Shown: one piece after another, positions 35,856-41,995 of the stretch
How positions within the stretch are numbered: the first letter of the stretch is position 1
How the letters are laid out: each line of letters opens with the position of its first letter
Source of the DNA: a candidate division WOR-3 bacterium
GTDB lineage: Bacteria > SDB-A
NCBI GenBank assembly: GCA_016934535.1
Contig: JAFGSQ010000007.1
Span: 62,001-103,995, forward strand
Length of the DNA: 41,995 nucleotides
Reading direction: 5' to 3'
Translations under genes and position numbers: made by a program
Notes under the pieces: generated by a model
Told to the model about the DNA's origin: nothing
Databases searched by the model: none
Seen by the model: the letters and a program-made list of their open reading frames with translations, nothing else

Positions 35856-36677
35856 ATGACAGTCGAATTGATAAAATCTTTTATTCTGGGAATTATTGAA
35901 GGTCTGACGGAGTTTGTACCTGTGTCTTCTACTGGGCATCTTATAATTGCCGAGGCTTTCATGCCTTTCAGGGACAGAGAGTTTGCACAGGCTTTTGAAG
36001 TGATAATACAGTTCGGCGCTATTTTATCCGTTGTCATGCTATACAAAGATAGATTCATTGGAGTTTTCAATTTTTCGAAACAAGGATTCTACGGCAAAAA
36101 GGCGATCATATCTCTTTTTTGGACTTCGCTTCCCGCTGTTGTTGCAGGCACTTTGTTGCATTCGGCTGTAAAACAATATCTTTTCAATCCCCTGACGGTT
36201 TCGTTTGCTCTGATAGCCGGGGGCATCATGATGGCAGTTGCCGAAAAATATTGCCGTAAAGGCAAAGATGGAATTGATTCTATATCCTATAGAGACGCTT
36301 TGGTAATAGGATTGTTTCAGGTGCTTGCTCTTTTTCCGGGCATGTCGAGATCGGCAAGCACGATCTCAGGCGGACTGATTCGCGGATTGGACGTTAAGAC
36401 TTCAGCCGAATATTCTTTCATAGCCGCTGTCCCTGTGATGACCGGAGCTTTTTTATACGACGCTTTCAAATCGAGAGAAGCCATTTTCAGAGGTGATAAC
36501 GGCATTTTGCTTGCGGCAGGATTTATAACATCTTTCGTCGTCGCCGCCGCCTCGATAAAGACCTTCATGGCCGTCCTGAAAAAAACCTCATTGAAATATT
36601 TTGCTCTTTACAGGATAATACTGGGAGTCCTGCTCATCTCAATGATTGTTACGGGACTGTTTGAGTTAAACCTCTAA
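35856..36677 (+). CDS. uppP: Undecaprenyl-diphosphate phosphatase
   Basis: GIIEGLTEFVPVSSTGHL, IQFGAIL, PGMSRS, AEYSF, FALYR. Confidence 0.96.
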   Translation: MTVELIKSFILGIIEGLTEFVPVSSTGHLIIAEAFMPFRDREFAQAFEVIIQFGAILSVVMLYKDRFIGVFNFSKQGFYGKKAIISLFWTSLPAVVAGTLLHSAVKQYLFNPLTVSFALIAGGIMMAVAEKYCRKGKDGIDSISYRDALVIGLFQVLALFPGMSRSASTISGGLIRGLDVKTSAEYSFIAAVPVMTGAFLYDAFKSREAIFRGDNGILLAAGFITSFVVAAASIKTFMAVLKKTSLKYFALYRIILGVLLISMIVTGLFELNL

Positions 36678-36681
36678 GGGG

Positions 36682-38085
36682 GTGAACTTGTTTTTTGTCT
36701 CGAAAAATAAAGAAAAAAAGTTTTTAGCCGAATTGAAGGGCGGTTTTATTTTTTTGATTGTGTCCGGTCTTTCAAATTCATTTATTTATTCTGATGCGGG
36801 TTATCTGGGATCCGTTTCATCGGGACCGTCTCCAGTCATTTTCAAAGAGGATTCCGTCTCAGTGGAGATGTCGTACGAAGACGTCCTCATTGTCATAAGC
36901 GAAGACACGGGTATTTATTCGGCTGAACTGAAATGCCTTTTTGTCTTTAACGATATAGAAACAAATTCGGAAGTCATGATGGCGTTCCCTTTGAGTATTC
37001 GGACTCCTTTTTATCCGATTTATTACGATTTCATTGAAATGGATAGCAGTGACGACAACGGGCAAAAAATGGATTTTTCTGTAAAAATAGACGGTTTGGA
37101 AGCGACCATAGAAATTGTTTTCTGCTCATTTTACGACAATTCGTTAAAAAAGGACATGTCCTGGGAAGATTTTTCCGACGCGATAAAAGTTTTAAACGAA
37201 AATGAACCGGAAGAAGGTGAAATAATATATTACAAAGAGATTTTTTTCCCGGAAGACAGATCTTATCCCATAATGGAGCCTGTCTCAGTTCTCGCGTGTT
37301 GGAAAGTTGATTTTATGAGAAACAGGCCGAGACTTGTGGAATTTTCCCAGTCTTACACCCTGACATCGGATTACAACGATAAAGTGTTCAGATTGAGTTA
37401 CCCTCTTTTCACTGGTTCTTCATGGGCCAATTCAATAGGTCAGGGCAAAATTTCAGTTGTATTTGAGGATGAGGAATCTGAATCAGCCCTAAAATATTAT
37501 TGCGGATCCCTTCTTCCTCTTCCGGAGGTTTACGAAAACGAGTATTTTGCGGAACCCTTGAAAGGAGTTTACGATAATTTCTTCTTCAGGACTTCTGATT
37601 CCAGACCCTATTTCAATAAAAATTATTGTGGAGCAATAGTATGGAATTTCAGTGATTTAGAGCCTACTCCATCAAATTTTAGGTTTCAATCCTATTATTT
37701 GGACATAGGTGATGTAGGTGCGGAGCTATACGGAATGGCCTCTGATAACAGCGCTGAGTCTTTGTCTGTTGTTGGCATACCATGGTGCATATCATATATT
37801 TACGTGGTTTTAGGGCCTTTTAGACCTGATGGATTTTATGTAATTGATCCCAGGGGTGTTGATTTTTACGACAATCCCCAATTGAAGGGAGCACCTATAT
37901 TCAAAGCCCCCATTTTTTCATTTGCAAGATTGATAGAAACAGACTATAATTCGTCAAAATTTGTATTCAGATTTTCAGGAACAGAATATAATGACACTGG
38001 CTATGCTAATTTTTACTCATTGGACGAAAAAAAGCTATTAAAACCATTGATGATTCCGTACATTGATTCTTATTACGATGAATGA
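36682..38085 (+). CDS. Hypothetical exported beta-rich protein (possibly DUF4424-like N-terminus)
   Basis: 467-aa ORF. Signal-like segment (alternative TTG start 36733) followed by V.M..E.V.I...C.F.F.N...MAFP and YPLFTGSSWANSIG motifs. Family call tentative. Confidence 0.6.
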   Translation: MNLFFVSKNKEKKFLAELKGGFIFLIVSGLSNSFIYSDAGYLGSVSSGPSPVIFKEDSVSVEMSYEDVLIVISEDTGIYSAELKCLFVFNDIETNSEVMMAFPLSIRTPFYPIYYDFIEMDSSDDNGQKMDFSVKIDGLEATIEIVFCSFYDNSLKKDMSWEDFSDAIKVLNENEPEEGEIIYYKEIFFPEDRSYPIMEPVSVLACWKVDFMRNRPRLVEFSQSYTLTSDYNDKVFRLSYPLFTGSSWANSIGQGKISVVFEDEESESALKYYCGSLLPLPEVYENEYFAEPLKGVYDNFFFRTSDSRPYFNKNYCGAIVWNFSDLEPTPSNFRFQSYYLDIGDVGAELYGMASDNSAESLSVVGIPWCISYIYVVLGPFRPDGFYVIDPRGVDFYDNPQLKGAPIFKAPIFSFARLIETDYNSSKFVFRFSGTEYNDTGYANFYSLDEKKLLKPLMIPYIDSYYDE

Positions 38086-38149
38086 TAATTTTTTTACAAA
38101 ATTATATGCTCTGTAGCTACAAATTATATAATAATTCAGGAGGCGAACG

Positions 38150-41005
38150 ATGAAAAAGATGACGCTTGTATTTATAAGTTTTTTATTTGCGTCGTATGTG
38201 TTTGCTGGAGTTATAAATATTTCGATCAACTTTCAAAGTAGCGATTTTTACGTTGAAAAAGTCGGTCAATATGATCTCATCCGTTTGACTGGCGGTTCCA
38301 CTTCTTCAATACCCGGGAATCCTGATCTTCCGGGTGTATCCAAAACTGTGTTGATGCCGCCGACGTCAATTGTTACGAAAGTTATTATAAAGAACGAAAA
38401 ATGGCAGGATCTTGGAAATTACAACATTTTTCCAGCACAAAGACCTGTTCCTGTGATGGGCCAACAGTCTTTTACCGCTCCCAATACAGAAATTTACTCA
38501 ATTGACGCTTTTTACCCGGAAAATCAAATCACTCATTTCAGAACCGGCAACAAATCGGGCTTCGCTCTCGCCAATTTCGGAGTGACTCCTTTCAGATACA
38601 ATCCTGTCTCCGGTCAGTTACAGTTGCTGATAAGCGCTGAAATCGATGTATTTTACGAAGAAGGTCTTCAGGAAGCCGTTTTCCTGACGGAAAATCAACT
38701 CGAAGTGTTCAGACAAGACGTGATTTCGATGGTTGAAAATCCTTCAGACGTAGAAAGATTTTCTCCTTTCACAAAAAAATCAGCGTTTTCAGAGTACGAA
38801 TACGTTATAGTATGCCCGACTGGTCTTTCCGCCGCTTTTGAACCTCTTATAAGATGGAAAATAACGAAAGGAGTGGGCGCTAAAGTTGTCACCACCGCGT
38901 GGGTTTTGTCAAATTATCCTGCGTACGACCTGATGGAGAGCATAAGAAATTTTGTCAAGGACTGTCACCAGAACAGAGGCATGATATATCTCGTTCTGGC
39001 GGGAGATTACGACAATCTAGGGGCGAGATTGGTAAGAGTGAGCTGTTCTGGTTACACTTACGATCTTCCATCAGATCTATATTTTTCTGACGTCGTTCCG
39101 TATTCGAGTGACTGGGACGCAAACAACAACAACATTTTCGGTCAGTACATTTTAGACAGCTGTGATTTCTATTCAGACGTATACGTTGGCAGATTGCCTT
39201 TGAACAGCACATCAGAAGTTCAGAACTGGGTCTCAAAAGTACTTGATTACGAACAATCTCCACCTTCAGGTTTCATAACCAAAGCACTATTTGCAGGAGC
39301 CGGATTATGGTTCAACGTCAGCCCGCCCTGGAGTTATTACGGCAGTTCTTCCTGTGATTCTATTGCTAATTACAAACTTCCTGCCGCTTGGATTAAAAGA
39401 AAAATGTACCAGAGCGACACGCTTTCATATCCTGCCGGTTTTTCGGATTCGTTGAGCAAGGGTTTCCATTGGTCTTACATTGCCGCTCACGGTTCATCTA
39501 ACTCGATATCGTGGTATTATTATCAAAGCTGGCCGAATATAATCGACAACAACTCAATGCAGAATCTCACAAACGGAGACAGTCTGTTTGTCATTTCTTC
39601 CATGGCTTGCGAACCTGGATGGTTTGACGGCAGAGAATGCGTTGGTGAATACATTTTCAACGCTTCGGCGGGTGGAGCCATAGCTGTTATGTTCAACGCG
39701 CGTTTCGGCTGGGGTTATCCTCCGTATCTCGGGCCCTCGGAATTCATGTGCATAAGAACGGCCGAAAAAGTGTTTTCAAATAATATTAGAAATATAGGCA
39801 GAGCTCACGCGCTTTCAAAAGATGAGCTTATCAATTGGACATGGGGATTCAACGACTGCGAACACTGGTGCGTGAATGAGTTCAACCTTTTCGGAGATCC
39901 GGAAACTCAGATATATTCCAAACAGCCTGTCGCTATGACAGTAACCAATGCTGATACGATACATAATATGTCCGGAGTGTTGGACGTCCTAGTGACTTCG
40001 CAGGGACAACCAGTATCAGGCGCCGTGTGTTGCCTCTCAAGACCTTACGACACTCTTTTCTGGTTCAGAGGGAAGACAGGTTCGACAGGAAAAGCCGCCG
40101 TCGAATATCTTGCTATAACGGATCAGCCGTTTCTTTTGACAGTATATGCAAAAGACCAACTGTATTACCAGGACACGATATATATCGACACGGCCAATAC
40201 TTGTGCTGTTTTGACTTATTTTGATGATGAAAATGATTCTACAGGATCATTTGGTGCTTCCGCGCCTAATATTTTCTTTGGAATGGCTCACAGATATACT
40301 TCGAACCTACTAATGCTTTATAATGGATGGAAAATCAAAAAAGTTTATTTTTATCTCAGAAATGGCACTAATTCTATAAATGACGCGGTTGTTAATATTT
40401 ATGGTGGAGCTGGACCTGTTATACCCGGTCCGATAATTCATTCGAAGGTATTTACTGTGACTGGTGACACAGGTTGGAATTGTGTTGTCTATGATGACAC
40501 CGCGGCAATTCCGGTAAACTCCACAGGAGACATGTGGTTTGAGGTCGGTTTTACGCACGGAAATGGAGAAATTCCGTTTTATGCGAGTTATCTGGCTCAA
40601 TGCATACCAACACAAACTGATAATTTTAGAACGGGAACTAATTGGAGTTACATGTCGGGGTACGGAATAAATATTTGTTGGGCGATAAAAGTCATTCTCA
40701 TAAATTCTTTGAGTGTAGAAGTAGAAATTAACGAAGAGACGCCCCCGCAATTCATTTTCAGATCTGAAAAAACTGTTTTTTCCGGAGCCAACGCTCTAAA
40801 TTTCGAACTGACTGAACCTGGTGACGTAACTCTTGAAATTTTCGATTTATCGGGTCGAATGGTTACGCAAGTTTTTCGCGGTTTTCTAATTCAGGGAAGA
40901 TATACAATTCCACTTGAATCAAAAAATTTACCGCCGGGAGTCTTGTTCTGCAGAATTTCAGGACCTGAAGGGGAAAAAACTGTAAAAATAGAAAAAATTG
41001 ACTGA
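38150..41005 (+). CDS. C25 (gingipain-family) cysteine peptidase with propeptide and T9SS/FlgD-like C-terminal domain
   Basis: SD AGGAGG; signal peptide; propeptide PGNPDLP...PFRYNP; YLVLAGD, SDLYFSD, VYVGRLP; catalytic His (AHG, 39485-39493) and Cys (SMAC, 39599-39610); FNLFGDP; tail VTLEIFDLSGRMV...LPPGV. Confidence 0.9.
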   Translation: MKKMTLVFISFLFASYVFAGVINISINFQSSDFYVEKVGQYDLIRLTGGSTSSIPGNPDLPGVSKTVLMPPTSIVTKVIIKNEKWQDLGNYNIFPAQRPVPVMGQQSFTAPNTEIYSIDAFYPENQITHFRTGNKSGFALANFGVTPFRYNPVSGQLQLLISAEIDVFYEEGLQEAVFLTENQLEVFRQDVISMVENPSDVERFSPFTKKSAFSEYEYVIVCPTGLSAAFEPLIRWKITKGVGAKVVTTAWVLSNYPAYDLMESIRNFVKDCHQNRGMIYLVLAGDYDNLGARLVRVSCSGYTYDLPSDLYFSDVVPYSSDWDANNNNIFGQYILDSCDFYSDVYVGRLPLNSTSEVQNWVSKVLDYEQSPPSGFITKALFAGAGLWFNVSPPWSYYGSSSCDSIANYKLPAAWIKRKMYQSDTLSYPAGFSDSLSKGFHWSYIAAHGSSNSISWYYYQSWPNIIDNNSMQNLTNGDSLFVISSMACEPGWFDGRECVGEYIFNASAGGAIAVMFNARFGWGYPPYLGPSEFMCIRTAEKVFSNNIRNIGRAHALSKDELINWTWGFNDCEHWCVNEFNLFGDPETQIYSKQPVAMTVTNADTIHNMSGVLDVLVTSQGQPVSGAVCCLSRPYDTLFWFRGKTGSTGKAAVEYLAITDQPFLLTVYAKDQLYYQDTIYIDTANTCAVLTYFDDENDSTGSFGASAPNIFFGMAHRYTSNLLMLYNGWKIKKVYFYLRNGTNSINDAVVNIYGGAGPVIPGPIIHSKVFTVTGDTGWNCVVYDDTAAIPVNSTGDMWFEVGFTHGNGEIPFYASYLAQCIPTQTDNFRTGTNWSYMSGYGINICWAIKVILINSLSVEVEINEETPPQFIFRSEKTVFSGANALNFELTEPGDVTLEIFDLSGRMVTQVFRGFLIQGRYTIPLESKNLPPGVLFCRISGPEGEKTVKIEKID

Positions 41006-41034
41006 TAGTTCGGATTTATAACTGAGGAGAAGTC

Positions 41035-41913
41035 GTGAAACAAGTATTTTTGATATTGTCAATTGTCGTTTTTTCGTTTTCTTGCGTTAATCACAGGTCT
41101 GTAGTGGATACATTTCTCTCCGAGAACGGATTCGAAGACGTCAATTCTCTGAATTCTGAAGGATATACATCTTTATGCAAGGCTCTGGAATCGGACGACT
41201 ATGTTATAGCCGAAAGCCTACTATTGGCCGGCGCTGATATTAACAGACGTAACGGTGAAGGATTGACGCCTCTTCTAAATGCTGTCAATAAGGAGAACAG
41301 GGAAACAGTGAATTTTCTGTTGTCAAAAGGCGCTGATCCTAATCAATGTGACGATAAAACGGGCATTTCTCCGCTTCAAACGGCAATAGAAAAGGGAAAC
41401 GCTGATATCATTGAATCACTTATCGCCGCTGGCGTAGATCATGGAGAACTGTACGTGATTGATAAAGGGCGAGTCGGCACTTTCAGATTGGAAATGACTC
41501 GAAATAATTTTTTTGATCTCGTAAATATATATGATTCAGCCGTTTTAGACAGTTTTATTATAAACAACGAAGGTGTAGAAGAATTAATTTATATAGTAGT
41601 TGTAGACGCGGAGCTTAATTCTTCTATTGAATTTGTTTATGATATTTCAATCGACGGATTTTATAAAATAGAAATCAACAGCGGTAAATTCAGAACCAGA
41701 CAAAATCTGGGTATCGGATCGACTTATTGTGAAATTTCTGAAATATATGGAGAAATTATACCTGAATGGGGAGACAATGGCGAACCGGTTATAATAGTTG
41801 AGGAAGAAAACGTCACTTTTGTTCTCAGCGAGGGAGATTGGTGGCTCGACGGAAAAGTCAGAAAAGGAGCCGATGTTTCAGGGACAGAAGTCGAATCAAT
41901 GTTTATATGGTGA
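41035..41913 (+). CDS. Ankyrin-repeat putative lipoprotein
   Basis: SD GAGGA; lipobox FSFSC; three ankyrin repeats (GYTSLCKA, GLTPLLNA, GISPLQTA, each followed by LL..GAD-type ends). Confidence 0.85.
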   Translation: MKQVFLILSIVVFSFSCVNHRSVVDTFLSENGFEDVNSLNSEGYTSLCKALESDDYVIAESLLLAGADINRRNGEGLTPLLNAVNKENRETVNFLLSKGADPNQCDDKTGISPLQTAIEKGNADIIESLIAAGVDHGELYVIDKGRVGTFRLEMTRNNFFDLVNIYDSAVLDSFIINNEGVEELIYIVVVDAELNSSIEFVYDISIDGFYKIEINSGKFRTRQNLGIGSTYCEISEIYGEIIPEWGDNGEPVIIVEEENVTFVLSEGDWWLDGKVRKGADVSGTEVESMFIW

Positions 41914-41995
41914 ATGATTAAAATGAACGCATGGGAATATAAACAGAAAATTAATTCCGATCTAAAGGAATTATTGGAACCAGACGAAAAAATCC
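41914..41995 (+). CDS. Start of a hypothetical ORF running off the window end
   Basis: ATG directly after the ankyrin-gene stop (or ATG 41923); open to the end: MIKMNAWEYKQKINSDLKELLEPDEKI. Confidence 0.45.
   Translation, partial: MIKMNAWEYKQKINSDLKELLEPDEKI

Noticed and set aside
1-41995. tRNA/rRNA genes, riboswitches, CRISPR arrays, IS or prophage genes, genetic-code reassignment
   Set aside because: Intergenic gaps are short and AT-rich with no such structure visible, and conserved genes end at expected positions with TAA, TAG and TGA all used as stops. A covariance-model scan was not possible.

Overview
Gene-dense chromosomal window from a diderm bacterium. BamD, LptF/G, a meso-DAP-type MurE and a C25 peptidase with a T9SS/FlgD-like tail suggest an FCB-related or candidate-phylum lineage such as WOR-3, but that placement is inference only. 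Left to right: (1) the 3' part of hutI, translationally coupled to a module of a TPR-like protein, an ExeA-like AAA+ ATPase and a large acidic TPR protein; (2) rarA on the minus strand; (3) a ~24 kb co-directional run: mraZ, a STAS-domain gene, rsmH, ftsL, ftsI, murE, murF, mraY, murD, ftsW, murG, murC, murB, ftsQ, ftsA, ftsZ, yggS, divIVA, a TPR lipoprotein, bamD, nadD, polA, pyrB and DUF2085; (4) a minus-strand operon: DUF1460 amidase, lptF, lptG, GT2, DUF523-DUF1722; (5) uppP, a secreted hypothetical protein, a gingipain-like C25 peptidase and an ankyrin lipoprotein. I saw no RNA genes, CRISPR arrays or mobile elements. The most interesting items are the ATPase flanked by two mutually similar TPR proteins (possible polar hub, SgmX-like), the STAS gene lacking its phospho-serine inside the dcw cluster, and a stand-alone PyrB with the plant-type UMP-feedback loop. 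All family calls come from motifs read by eye; no searches were run.
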